A stretch of DNA of 64,000 nucleotides from an uncultured Aquimarina sp. Lineage in GTDB: Bacteria; Bacteroidota; Bacteroidia; Flavobacteriales; Flavobacteriaceae. The DNA lies in assembly GCA_947498765.1 (NCBI GenBank), contig CANMLG010000007.1:19547-83546 (forward strand), given 5' to 3'. The position numbers were made by a program, and so were the translations under genes. Below are positions 9,507-19,638 of this stretch, piece by piece. The first letter of the stretch is position 1, and the number at the start of each line of letters is the position of its first letter. The notes below the pieces were generated by a model that was given only the letters and a program-made list of their open reading frames with translations, ran no database searches and was not told where the DNA came from.

Positions 9507-9681
9507 TTTTATTGAATTGATTTAAAAATAATTGCATGTGGTTTGTTAGTAATAGAGGCTAGGAGAAATAGTATGAAGCTATGGATTTAGTAGTATGGTA
9601 TTTGTTAGACATAATGGTTTTAATTAATTTTGGAATAGAAATTGACTATATGTAATTGTATTTACATTTTAAATAGAAAAG

Positions 9682-10461
9682 ATGAAAAGAATTATCACCT
9701 ACATAGCAGTCTTGTTTGGTTTATTTTCTGGGTTTTCCCAAGCAATGGAAAATGAACCTGTGTTTTCTAATAACGAGTATATAGAATTTAAAATAAAGTA
9801 TCTTAGCTTTAATACAAGTACGGCTTCGTTACAAACAACAAAAAAAACTATCGATGGGAAAGAAGTTTACCATGTAGTAGGTAAAGGAAGGTCTTCAAAA
9901 TTTTTGAGCTTTTTTTTTAAGATAAGGGATCAATATGAAACCATAATTGACGCAGAAACGTATTTACCATATAAATTTGTTCGAAATATATACGAAGGAG
10001 GATATACAAAAGATATAGTTATTGATTTTGATCAAACCAATAATAAAGCTTTAGTGAATAATAAAAAACATAAAACAAAAAAAACCTTTGATGTTGCACC
10101 TAATGTACATGACATGTTATCATCATTTTATTATTTACGTAACTTAATTGATGTTACCAATTTAAAGGTAGGCGATGAAGAGACATTAACAATGTTTTTT
10201 GATGAAGAAAATTTTAAGTTTAAATTGCGCTTTTTAGGGAAAGAAACTATTAGAACGAAATACGGGAAAACATCTTGTTTAAAGTTTAGGCCATTAGTTA
10301 TGGCCGAACGTATTTTTAAGGAAGAAGAAAGCTTAACCGTATGGATAAGTAATGATGAGAATAAGATTCCTGTAAAGATTTCAGCTGATTTAGCAGTGGG
10401 ATCATTAACGGCAAATCTTTCCAAATACAGTGGATTAAAATATCCACTTGTAATAAAATAA
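9682..10461 (+). CDS. DUF3108-family secreted protein
   Basis: Signal peptide, FFKIRDQYETIID, VHDMLSSFYYLR and TVWISNDENKIPVKI patterns. Confidence 0.7.
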   Translation: MKRIITYIAVLFGLFSGFSQAMENEPVFSNNEYIEFKIKYLSFNTSTASLQTTKKTIDGKEVYHVVGKGRSSKFLSFFFKIRDQYETIIDAETYLPYKFVRNIYEGGYTKDIVIDFDQTNNKALVNNKKHKTKKTFDVAPNVHDMLSSFYYLRNLIDVTNLKVGDEETLTMFFDEENFKFKLRFLGKETIRTKYGKTSCLKFRPLVMAERIFKEEESLTVWISNDENKIPVKISADLAVGSLTANLSKYSGLKYPLVIK

Positions 10462-10467
10462 CGATGT

Positions 10468-11445
10468 ATGAGTGAATCGCTAGATCCTGAAATTGTAAAG
10501 CGTTTAGAACAATTAGAAGAAAAGTTTCGAAACTCCGGACAGGATTTAGGCTCTTACCTAGATGGGTTGTTGCATGATCGGTATTTAACCTATTGGGACT
10601 ATATCCATTTAGATACCTTACTTAGTTTACAAATACCCAGAACTCATTTTCCTGATGAAGAAATATTTATTACCTATCATCAAATAACAGAACTTTATTT
10701 CAAGTTGATTATTCACGAAATGAAGCAAATTGTGGATGATAAATTACAAACAGCTATTTTTTTTATTGAGAAGTTAAATCGAATAAATCGTTATTTTAAT
10801 GTATTAACAGATTCCTTTGATATCATGATAAAGGGAATGGATAAAGAACAATTTTTAAAGTACCGTATGTCTTTATTACCAGCAAGCGGATTTCAGTCGG
10901 TACAATTTCGAATGATCGAAGTGTATGCTACTCCTTTATGCAATTTAGTAAATGAAAAAAAGCGTAGTAATTTTTCTGAAAAAGAACCTTTAGAAGATAC
11001 TTACGAGCATTTGTATTGGAAATTTGGTGCTACCGAAACCGAAACAGGTGAAAAAACATTGACACTTAAGCAGTTTGAGTATCGTTACACTCCACGTTTA
11101 ATGCGTATAGCAAATCAAGTGCAGCATAGTACCGTGTATCATTGTTTTAAAAACCTTCCAGAAAGCGAGCAAAATAATGCAACGCTTATAAAAGCAATGC
11201 GTACTTTTGATGCCAATGTAAATATCAACTGGGGGCTAGTCCATTTAAAGGCCGCTTATAGATATTTAAATAAAATGGGAGATAAATCAGTTAAGGCAAC
11301 CGGTGGCACAAATTGGAAACAATTTTTACCTCCAAATTTCCAAAACATAAGTTTTTTTCCTTCGCTTTGGAGCGAAGAAGAATTGGCTAATTGGGGAAAA
11401 AAATGGGTTGAAGATTTAGTTAATACGAGTAATCATAATGTTTAA
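10468..11445 (+). CDS. kynA: Tryptophan 2,3-dioxygenase
   Basis: YWDYIHLDTLLSLQ, DEEIFITYHQITELYFK, PASGFQSVQFR and ATGGT heme/Trp-binding motifs. Confidence 0.88.
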   Translation: MSESLDPEIVKRLEQLEEKFRNSGQDLGSYLDGLLHDRYLTYWDYIHLDTLLSLQIPRTHFPDEEIFITYHQITELYFKLIIHEMKQIVDDKLQTAIFFIEKLNRINRYFNVLTDSFDIMIKGMDKEQFLKYRMSLLPASGFQSVQFRMIEVYATPLCNLVNEKKRSNFSEKEPLEDTYEHLYWKFGATETETGEKTLTLKQFEYRYTPRLMRIANQVQHSTVYHCFKNLPESEQNNATLIKAMRTFDANVNINWGLVHLKAAYRYLNKMGDKSVKATGGTNWKQFLPPNFQNISFFPSLWSEEELANWGKKWVEDLVNTSNHNV

Positions 11446-12754
11446 AAAGGGACTTCTTTTAATTATAGCTATAGTTTTCATTACGTGTAAAAAAAATACA
11501 CCTCCACCACAAATTGTAATTGAAAAACCAGCACCATTACCACCAATAGTAAAGGAATTTGACTTTGTGTTAAATGATTATTTGGTAGTTAAGGATACTA
11601 TAAAATCAGGAGATAGCTTTGGAGCTATCATGGATTCACATGGTGTAAGTAGATCTCGAGTTTTTGAAATTTCAAACCATGTAAAAGATAGTTTTAATGT
11701 AGCCAAAATTGCTGTTGGAAAACCATATACTATTTTAAAATCAAAGGATAGTATAGCTAAAGTAGAAGCGTTTATTTATCAGAAAAGTAAAGTAAGTTAT
11801 ACTGTAGTTCATGTTGCCGATTCAATTTATGCATTGAATAAAAAGAAAAAAGTAATTAGCAAGCGTAGATCAATGACAGGTGTCATTGAAAGTTCATTGT
11901 CACAAAGCATTGAAAATGAAAATGTGTCGCCATATTTGACACACATGCTTTCCAGTATCTATCAATGGAGTATAGATTTTTTTAAAATTCAAAAAGGAGA
12001 TCGTTTTAAAGTTATTTTTACGGAGCATTTTTTAGAAGATGGTACTTATGTGGGTATAGACAATGTAGAAGCAGCCATGTTTGAGCATAATAAAACGCCG
12101 TTTTATGCCTTTGAATATGAAGTCAAGGAAAGTGATAAAAAAGAAATTTCCTATTATGATGATGAAGCAAAATCATTACAAAGTTTTTTTTTAAAAGCCC
12201 CATTGCAATTTAGTCGTATTTCTTCTAGATATTCGCGTCGCAGATTTCACCCTGTACAAAAAAGATGGAAATCCCATAAGGGAACAGATTATGCGGCTCC
12301 GCATGGAACCCCTATCTGGTCTACAGCAAATGGAACAGTAGTAAAGGCAGGTTATACTTCCGGAAACGGAAAGTATGTAAAAGTAAAACATAATAATAAG
12401 TACAGTACTCAGTATTTACATATGTCTAAAATAGTAGTTAAAAAAGGACAATATGTAAAGCAAGGTGATATTATAGGACGTGTAGGAAGTACTGGTTTAG
12501 CCACTGGTCCACATGTATGTTATCGTTTTTGGGTAAACGGAAAGCAAGTGGATCCTTACCGTCAAAAATTACCAAGTTCTAAAAATATAGAAGAAAAGCA
12601 CAAAGAAGCTTATTTTGAATTTATTAAGCCAATAAAAATAGCATTAGATAGTATTCCTTTCAAATTAGCTAATAACACTAAAACGTATGAAAACATTACC
12701 ATCTCAGAATCCAACTCAAACAGCTGCATGGAAAGCCTTGCAGACGCATTATAA
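11438..12754 (+). CDS. M23-family peptidoglycan DD-endopeptidase (MepM-like)
   Basis: [19 protein letters not shown] and [10 protein letters not shown] Zn-binding motifs. Confidence 0.9.
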   Translation: MFKKGLLLIIAIVFITCKKNTPPPQIVIEKPAPLPPIVKEFDFVLNDYLVVKDTIKSGDSFGAIMDSHGVSRSRVFEISNHVKDSFNVAKIAVGKPYTILKSKDSIAKVEAFIYQKSKVSYTVVHVADSIYALNKKKKVISKRRSMTGVIESSLSQSIENENVSPYLTHMLSSIYQWSIDFFKIQKGDRFKVIFTEHFLEDGTYVGIDNVEAAMFEHNKTPFYAFEYEVKESDKKEISYYDDEAKSLQSFFLKAPLQFSRISSRYSRRRFHPVQKRWKSHKGTDYAAPHGTPIWSTANGTVVKAGYTSGNGKYVKVKHNNKYSTQYLHMSKIVVKKGQYVKQGDIIGRVGSTGLATGPHVCYRFWVNGKQVDPYRQKLPSSKNIEEKHKEAYFEFIKPIKIALDSIPFKLANNTKTYENITISESNSNSCMESLADAL

Positions 12755-14327
12755 TGAAACAAAAGATCAACATTTAAAAGATCTTTTTAAAAAAGATGCT
12801 ACCAGAGGAGATACATTTCAAATTCAGTGGGAAGGTTTTTTTGTAGATTATTCTAAAAATAGAATAAATTCAAAAACAATTGAATTGTTGTTGGATTTGG
12901 CAAAAGAAGTAGGTTTAGCCGATGCTATTCAGAATTATTTTGGAGGCGAAGCTATTAATGCTACAGAAAATAGAGCGGTACAGCACATGGCTTTACGAGC
13001 ACCGGCTTCACAAAAAACAATAGTTGATGGTGTAAACATTGTTGCAGAGGTAGACCAAGTAAAGCAAAAAATAAAAGGTTTTTGCAAAAAAGTAATTTCT
13101 GGAGCGCATAAAGGCTATACAGGTAAAGCAATTACCGATATTGTAAATATTGGTATTGGAGGGTCAGATTTAGGACCAGTAATGATTGTGGAATCCTTAG
13201 AGTATTATAAAAATCATTTAAAAACTCATTTTATATCTAATGTTGACGGAGATCATATTCATCAACATTTGAAAAAGTTTGATCCTGAAACTACGTTATT
13301 TGTAGTAGTCTCTAAAACATTTTCAACGCAAGAAACTTTATCAAATGCGACCACTGCGCGTACTTGGTTTATTGAAAAAGCAAGTGCAGCGGATGTAAGT
13401 AAGCATTTTGTTGCCGTGTCAAGTAATATCAAAAATGTAACCGAATTTGGTATTGCCGAAGAAAATATTTTTCCGTTGTGGGACTGGGTAGGAGGTCGAT
13501 TTTCACTATGGAGTGCCGTTGGGCTTTCGGTAGCTTTATCTATTGGTTTTGATCAATTTGAAGAGTTATTAGCTGGGGCCCATGAAATGGACTCCCATTT
13601 TAAAAATGAATCTTTTGATAAAAACATCCCTGTTTTACTAGGTTTGTTAAGTGTGTGGTATAATAATTTTTATGAAGTAGAAACAGAAGCGATTATTCCT
13701 TACAGTCAATATTTACATCGTTTACCAGCATATTTACAACAAGGTATTATGGAAAGCAATGGTAAGGGAGTTGATCGTAATGGAAATAAAATAGATTACC
13801 AAACAGGAACTATTATTTGGGGTGAAGCAGGGACAAATTCACAACATGCCTTTTTCCAATTAATCCACCAAGGAACAAAAATTATTCCAACAGAATTTAT
13901 TGGATTTAAAGAGTCTTTATTTGGAGACAAGGAGCATCATGATAAGTTAATGGCTAACTTTTTTGCGCAAACAGAAGCTTTAATGAATGGAAAAGATAAA
14001 GGTGAAGTACTGGCAGAATTAGCATCAAAAAAATTATCTGAAACAGCATTAAATGCGTTGGCCCCGTTTAAAGAATTTCCTGGTAACAGGCCAACCACTA
14101 CATTGTTAATTAACAAATTAACTCCAAAAACATTAGGATCATTAGTAGCTATGTACGAGCATCGTATTTTTGTTCAAGGTATAGTTTGGAATATTTTTAG
14201 TTATGATCAATGGGGAGTGGAACTTGGAAAACAATTAGCATCGCAAATTTTGAGTGAAATAAAAGATAATAACCCAAGGGAACACGACAGTTCTACTACT
14301 AATCTTTTAAAAGCATATTTAAAATAA
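12687..14327 (+). CDS. pgi: Glucose-6-phosphate isomerase
   Basis: [44 protein letters not shown] and DQWGVELGK motifs. Confidence 0.97.
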   Translation: MKTLPSQNPTQTAAWKALQTHYNETKDQHLKDLFKKDATRGDTFQIQWEGFFVDYSKNRINSKTIELLLDLAKEVGLADAIQNYFGGEAINATENRAVQHMALRAPASQKTIVDGVNIVAEVDQVKQKIKGFCKKVISGAHKGYTGKAITDIVNIGIGGSDLGPVMIVESLEYYKNHLKTHFISNVDGDHIHQHLKKFDPETTLFVVVSKTFSTQETLSNATTARTWFIEKASAADVSKHFVAVSSNIKNVTEFGIAEENIFPLWDWVGGRFSLWSAVGLSVALSIGFDQFEELLAGAHEMDSHFKNESFDKNIPVLLGLLSVWYNNFYEVETEAIIPYSQYLHRLPAYLQQGIMESNGKGVDRNGNKIDYQTGTIIWGEAGTNSQHAFFQLIHQGTKIIPTEFIGFKESLFGDKEHHDKLMANFFAQTEALMNGKDKGEVLAELASKKLSETALNALAPFKEFPGNRPTTTLLINKLTPKTLGSLVAMYEHRIFVQGIVWNIFSYDQWGVELGKQLASQILSEIKDNNPREHDSSTTNLLKAYLK

Positions 14328-14412
14328 TTAATTTGCCAAAGTGTTTATATATGGTTAGTAAAGACCATTTGTTTGATTAATATTAATTTAGTACATTAGA
14401 ATATAAAGAAAT

Positions 14413-14850
14413 ATGGAAAGTATTGTAAAAATAGTTCATTCAACTTGGGCCTATTTAGTATTAACAATATTAGTGTTAGCTACATTTAATGCTATTGCTG
14501 GTTTGGTAACTAAAAGAGAGTATGGAGCAAAGGATTTTAGAATTTCGTTATTTGCATTAATAGTAACCCACTTGCAATTTGTAATAGGATTTGTTTTATT
14601 TTTTTTATCAGGAAAAATATTATGGTTCACAGATATTCCTGTTAAAGATATTATGAGAAATGCCGAAATGCGTTTGTATAATGTAGAACACCCAACAATA
14701 ATGATATTAGCCATAGCAGCTTTAACAATTGGGTATTCAAAGCACAAAAAAAAATTAACTTCAACTCCTAAATTTAAATTTTTAGCCATTTTTTATTCAG
14801 TGGCATTATTATTGGTACTTTCAAGAATACCATGGAATGCGTGGTTCTAA
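14413..14850 (+). CDS. Small 4-TM membrane protein with conserved His residues (cytochrome b-like, function unknown)
   Basis: Four hydrophobic segments; HSTWAY, VTHLQ and VEHP His motifs. Confidence 0.6.
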   Translation: MESIVKIVHSTWAYLVLTILVLATFNAIAGLVTKREYGAKDFRISLFALIVTHLQFVIGFVLFFLSGKILWFTDIPVKDIMRNAEMRLYNVEHPTIMILAIAALTIGYSKHKKKLTSTPKFKFLAIFYSVALLLVLSRIPWNAWF

Positions 14851-14905
14851 AATTGTAAATTATTCTATAGTAATCAGCTAATACTGATGCAAAATTGATT
14901 GTAAT

Positions 14906-16963
14906 ATGAAGTTAAATTATATTTTAAATAGTACGTTAATTTTAGGTTTTTCAGGTGTTTCCCTTGCTCAAGGAACAAACATTACTATTGATTTAGGTAT
15001 AAAAAAATATATAGGTAAGGAAAGTAAATTAGATCGTTCTAAGTTTTTTGGAATTCAATCTGCAGCAACATCTAATGAGTTTAAAGATGAGAGTGCCTAT
15101 TTATTTTCGGAATTAAATACATACCCGTCTCGAGGCTTTGATGGTCCTCAGCCTTATGGAGACTTAGAAGATTTATCTACAGGAAAAATTAGTACTCAAA
15201 TTAAAGTGTCAAGTTCGGATTACAAGGGCACATCTATTTTTAAAGCCTATGGAAAAAGTAATTATGTAATTACACAAAAGCCATCTAAGGTATATAAAAT
15301 AGGAGCCGATCCGCAACTAGCTGTAGATAAAATTAGCACTTATATGAAAAGTGCTTTTCCTGAAAATGCAACAAATTATTTGGATTTAATGGATGAAGCT
15401 TTTGCTAATACTTCATTGTTTTCTGATGATACGGATGCCACAAAAAAAGAAATTAGTAAGTATTACGCCGAAATTGCTAAAGGATTAAAAAAGAAATTCC
15501 CAAAATTAAAAGTTGGAGGATATAGTTCCATAAGACCTCATTTTGAATTGAACGATTTTAAATATTGGGAAAACAACCATAAATTATTTATGGATATTGC
15601 TGGAGAGCAAATGGATTTTTTGTCTTTGAAGCTTTATGATCAGGTTGATAGGGATACCTCAACAATTAATTACTGTGCAGGGAGTGATTCCGAGGCTACT
15701 TTAGATCTTATTGAAACCTATAGTTTTAACAAATGGAATACGGTTAAACCAATACTAATTTCAGAGTATGGTTTAAAAGTTCCGTATTGGGAAGGAACCA
15801 CATATAGTTCGGACAGAGATGCTTTTATATTAGAATCACTAAATAAAATTGTAATGTCCTTATTGGATAAGCCAGATCGTATTGAAAAAGCAATACCCTA
15901 CATTTTAGGAAAGGCAGAAAAATTTTATAAAAATTCAGTAGCTAATCCAAAAGGAAATCCGCACCCATGGTCCATTAGTCATAAAACTGAAGATGGGAAA
16001 TCATACGAATATAGTAACTTAATCAAATTTTATGAATTTTGGAAAGATGTTGAAGGTGTACGTACATATATAGCATCAGATAATCCAGATATTCAAGTAA
16101 ATGCTTTTTATAATAAAGGCAAATGGATGTTGATTTTCAATAACCTTTCTGATGAATCTGAGCTATTGAACTTTAATTTTTCAGAATTTGATGCCGAAAG
16201 AATTACAAAATATACTTTACGAAGGTTATTTTTAAATGAATCTGGTTTGCCAGAGTTAACCGAGGCATTTACAGACATACATATTGATCAATGGGATATT
16301 GATCCAAATGAAACCTTAATGCTTATTTGTGATGTTCCAGAGGATATTGAATTTGCTACTTCAATAGTAGAATACAACAATTATTCAAAACAATTATTAA
16401 AACCAATAGTAGCCGATAAACCGATTGAATTTGAATTTATTAATGTGAAAACAGGAAAAGGTAAAGCAAATATACGTGTATCTTTTGGTAAAAAAATTAA
16501 TTCGGACTTACAGCCAATAGTAAAAATTAACGATAATATTGTCTTAACACCAAAAAACTGGGCAGGATATGATCAATCAAATAGAGAGACATTTTTTGGA
16601 ATGTTGTCTATCCCGATTCCAATGTCTTATTTAAAAGATACTAACGAAGTTGAGGTAACTTTTGCTGATACAGGTGGTAAAGTAAGTTCGGTAGTAATTA
16701 ACACAGAGTTATTTTCTACTGATGTAGAAAATAAAAATTACCAAGCACCAAATGCGTTAGTATATTCAAGTCATGGAGGGAATTTATTACATATTTCAAA
16801 TAAAATAAAATGTAAAAGTCCTAAAATAACAGATTTAAAAGGAAATACCGTAAAAAAGTTAAAAGCTTATAAAAATGGAGAAACGGTTGATATTTCGACA
16901 TTAAAAGTTGGTCAATATATTTTAGAAACAACTACGGACGGAAAACTTAAATTTAAAAAATAG
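14906..16963 (+). CDS. GH86-like (beta-porphyranase/agarase family) secreted protein with divergent active-site motifs and T9SS-type C-terminus
   Basis: Collinear by eye with the Bacteroides plebeius porphyranase as I recall it (SKLDRSKFF, GSDSEATLDLIETYS, KPILISEYG, SDNPDIQVNAF, NWAGYDQSNRETFFGM). The C-terminus DISTLKVGQYIL resembles a type A T9SS CTD. Confidence 0.75.
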   Translation: MKLNYILNSTLILGFSGVSLAQGTNITIDLGIKKYIGKESKLDRSKFFGIQSAATSNEFKDESAYLFSELNTYPSRGFDGPQPYGDLEDLSTGKISTQIKVSSSDYKGTSIFKAYGKSNYVITQKPSKVYKIGADPQLAVDKISTYMKSAFPENATNYLDLMDEAFANTSLFSDDTDATKKEISKYYAEIAKGLKKKFPKLKVGGYSSIRPHFELNDFKYWENNHKLFMDIAGEQMDFLSLKLYDQVDRDTSTINYCAGSDSEATLDLIETYSFNKWNTVKPILISEYGLKVPYWEGTTYSSDRDAFILESLNKIVMSLLDKPDRIEKAIPYILGKAEKFYKNSVANPKGNPHPWSISHKTEDGKSYEYSNLIKFYEFWKDVEGVRTYIASDNPDIQVNAFYNKGKWMLIFNNLSDESELLNFNFSEFDAERITKYTLRRLFLNESGLPELTEAFTDIHIDQWDIDPNETLMLICDVPEDIEFATSIVEYNNYSKQLLKPIVADKPIEFEFINVKTGKGKANIRVSFGKKINSDLQPIVKINDNIVLTPKNWAGYDQSNRETFFGMLSIPIPMSYLKDTNEVEVTFADTGGKVSSVVINTELFSTDVENKNYQAPNALVYSSHGGNLLHISNKIKCKSPKITDLKGNTVKKLKAYKNGETVDISTLKVGQYILETTTDGKLKFKK

Positions 16964-16964
16964 C

Positions 16965-18029
16965 ATGTGTTTTAAAATAATAAAGGCTTCACTCACAATT
17001 TGTATTGTAGTGGGGCTTTTTTCATGTAATAAATTAAAAAAACCACAATCCAAGATTTCAAATAACGAGCAAATTACTGCAGTTTCATTTCATCAGAATT
17101 ATATGAATGAAATAGAAAAATTACCAATTAAGCTTGATACAATAGCTGGTAAAAATATGGTTTTGGTTTCGGGTGGAAGTTTTTTAATGGGAGGGACTAG
17201 TGAACAAGCTAGACCCGATGAATTGCCTGCACATAGGGAAACAGTTGCCGATTTTTACATTGATATTGCAGAGGTAACTAATGCTCAATTTAAGGCTTTT
17301 GTTGAAGCTACTGGTTATGTTACTACTGCAGAAAGGCCTATTAATGCCGATTTTATAGCAGCTATTTCTGGGGTGAATTCTAAAACCGTAGATATCGATC
17401 CAGCGGCATTAGTATTTAATGGAGATCCGCAAATGTGGTGGTCAATGGTTAAAGGAGCCAATTGGAAACATCCAAAAGGACCAAAGAGCAGTATTGAAGG
17501 GAAAGATGAATATCCTGTTGTTCAAGTATCATGGTACGATGCCATGGCTTATTGCCATTGGATTGGAAAACGTTTGCCTACCGAAGAAGAGTTTGAGTAT
17601 GTGGCTCGAAATAAAGGAAAGCAAATTAAATATAATTGGGGGGATGATTTTGAAAAAGCTGTGGAATATGTTAATTTTCATCAAGGAAGTTTTCCTTCAC
17701 AAAATTTAAAAGAGGACAATTTTGATGGGTTGGCACCCGTAAAAAGTTTTAAAAGTAATCCTTTGGGACTATATGATATTGGAGGTAATGTATGGGAGTG
17801 GACATTAAATTCGTATTTTTCTGATGGATATGCTCGAAAGTTAAATTTTGAAAAGCCTATATTAGCTAATGATCAGTCAATACATCAAAAAAAAGTAATC
17901 CGAGGAGGGTCTTTTTTATGTAATGAAAGTTATTGTTCTGGGTATCGTGTAGCAGCTCGAATGAACTCTTCTCCAGATACTGGTTTGGAGCATTTAGGTT
18001 TTAGATGTGTAAAGGATGTGGCTAATTAG
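16965..18029 (+). CDS. Formylglycine-generating enzyme (FGE/SUMF1) family lipoprotein
   Basis: Lipobox LFSC; EVTNAQF, PVVQVSWYDAMAYC, RLPTEEEFE, GNVWEW and RGGSFLCNESYC..YRVAAR with both catalytic Cys. Confidence 0.88.
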   Translation: MCFKIIKASLTICIVVGLFSCNKLKKPQSKISNNEQITAVSFHQNYMNEIEKLPIKLDTIAGKNMVLVSGGSFLMGGTSEQARPDELPAHRETVADFYIDIAEVTNAQFKAFVEATGYVTTAERPINADFIAAISGVNSKTVDIDPAALVFNGDPQMWWSMVKGANWKHPKGPKSSIEGKDEYPVVQVSWYDAMAYCHWIGKRLPTEEEFEYVARNKGKQIKYNWGDDFEKAVEYVNFHQGSFPSQNLKEDNFDGLAPVKSFKSNPLGLYDIGGNVWEWTLNSYFSDGYARKLNFEKPILANDQSIHQKKVIRGGSFLCNESYCSGYRVAARMNSSPDTGLEHLGFRCVKDVAN

Positions 18030-18135
18030 CGGCATAAATTTTGATATTTAAATAATTCATACTTTATTCTTGTTTTTAAGAAAAAAAAATTAGCAAACAT
18101 TATAAAAAATAATAGTTTCGCATAAATTCAATATT

Positions 18136-18543
18136 ATGAAAAAGTTACTAGTAATTTTAAGTTTTGTTTTTTTAGGAAGTATCCAAGTTTATTCTCAGGC
18201 ATTTATAAAGTTTGCAGAGGAACCACCTATGCAGTTAAAACCAGCTCGCGATTTTTTTAATTATAAAATTGAATATAAAGCCTTAAAAAAGAGTACTATT
18301 TATTTGGAGTTAAAAAAAGGAGATTCTTTAGTAGGGAATAGTGTATATGATGTAACTAAACCCGATCAAAAAATAGTTTCGGTTAATTTGCGTGTATTTG
18401 AAAATATTGATCGTTTAGACTCGGGAGAGGATTATTCATATAATTTATATATGTATGAAGGTGGCCGAAATGATTGGTCAAAACGTGCTTGTGAAACTCA
18501 AAAAATAAATGGGGTTCAAGTGGTAGTCGCTAACGAAAAGTAA
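18136..18543 (+). CDS. Small secreted beta-rich hypothetical protein
   Basis: Signal peptide (MKKLLVIL...VYSQ); alternating hydrophobic beta pattern. Confidence 0.7.
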   Translation: MKKLLVILSFVFLGSIQVYSQAFIKFAEEPPMQLKPARDFFNYKIEYKALKKSTIYLELKKGDSLVGNSVYDVTKPDQKIVSVNLRVFENIDRLDSGEDYSYNLYMYEGGRNDWSKRACETQKINGVQVVVANEK

Positions 18544-19618
18544 CAGGTCGAACTAAATATAGGTAAACAGGAAAATGATCACTGTATCCTCCAGTATAAA
18601 TTCCCCTACTAAATGTTCGTAAAGGATAACCTTTGTAGTTGCCCTTAGCATGCATCAAAAACTTTGGATTATAAATATGTGTTTCATGCAACCTAAAGCC
18701 TATCGTATCCAATAGAGTATTAGAAACTATTAGTTGATCAAACAAATTCCATTTATCGCGATAAGCAAGACTTCCAATCCCTTTGTTATACATTTTTTCC
18801 ATGGGATTGTACCAATAAGAATTTGTTTGTTGAGTTATTGAGGCTTTAGTTTTTAATATTTTTTTAAAGCTTTTGTCATTAGGATCGTCATTAAAATCGC
18901 CCATAATAATAACAGGAGCTTTTGGGGTTAAATACATTATAGAGTCAGTTATTTTTTTACATAATTTTGCAGCTTCGATTCTTTTAGCTTCACTTCGTTG
19001 TTTCCCACCTCTTCTAGAAGGCCAATGATTTATTATAAGATATAATAATTCACCTCCTAAATAACCCGAAACGCATAATTGGTCTCTGGTGTAAATTGGG
19101 TTGTTATATTCATCGTGTAAAGCTAAGGGGTGTTTTTGAATGTTTTTTATTGTAAAAAAATTTCTGTCATAAAGTAAAGCAACATCTATGCCTCTTCGAT
19201 CGGGTGAGTTATAATGTGCAATTCCATAATCATTTTTTTGTAAAAGAGGATGACTTACAAGTTGTTCAAGTATATTTTTATTTTCAACTTCAGCAACTCC
19301 CAGAAGTGCAGGCGGGTGTTGTGTTTTTTTTGTGCCTATACTCGAAATAACTTCTGCTAAATGATCAAGTTTAGTATTTAATTTTTCTTCAGTCCATCTG
19401 TTTTTTCCTTTAGGGGTATAATCTTCATCAAAAGTTAGGGGATCATCAATACAATCAAATAAGTTTTCAAGATTATAAAAAGCAATAGTGGTTATGTTGT
19501 GTTTTTGACTATAAATTGATGAGCAAATACTCAAAAAAAAGAGCAGTACACTAAAAAAATGATAAGGCATAAATAATTGTTTAACAGCAAAATAATAAAT
19601 AATGTATTTTAAATTCAT
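18530..19618 (-). CDS. Endonuclease/exonuclease/phosphatase-family secreted nuclease
   Basis: FYNLENLFD, GVAEVEN, NHWPSRRGG, IMGDFNDDP, FDQ and GYSDHFPV motifs. Confidence 0.9.
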   Translation of the reverse strand: MNLKYIIYYFAVKQLFMPYHFFSVLLFFLSICSSIYSQKHNITTIAFYNLENLFDCIDDPLTFDEDYTPKGKNRWTEEKLNTKLDHLAEVISSIGTKKTQHPPALLGVAEVENKNILEQLVSHPLLQKNDYGIAHYNSPDRRGIDVALLYDRNFFTIKNIQKHPLALHDEYNNPIYTRDQLCVSGYLGGELLYLIINHWPSRRGGKQRSEAKRIEAAKLCKKITDSIMYLTPKAPVIIMGDFNDDPNDKSFKKILKTKASITQQTNSYWYNPMEKMYNKGIGSLAYRDKWNLFDQLIVSNTLLDTIGFRLHETHIYNPKFLMHAKGNYKGYPLRTFSRGIYTGGYSDHFPVYLYLVRPVTFR

Positions 19619-19638
19619 AAAAAGTAACCAACTTTTAT

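Noticed and set aside
12687-12754. 68-nt overlap between the M23 peptidase tail and the pgi start
   Set aside because: The M23 tail is low-information and probably a stop-loss extension; no evidence of function.
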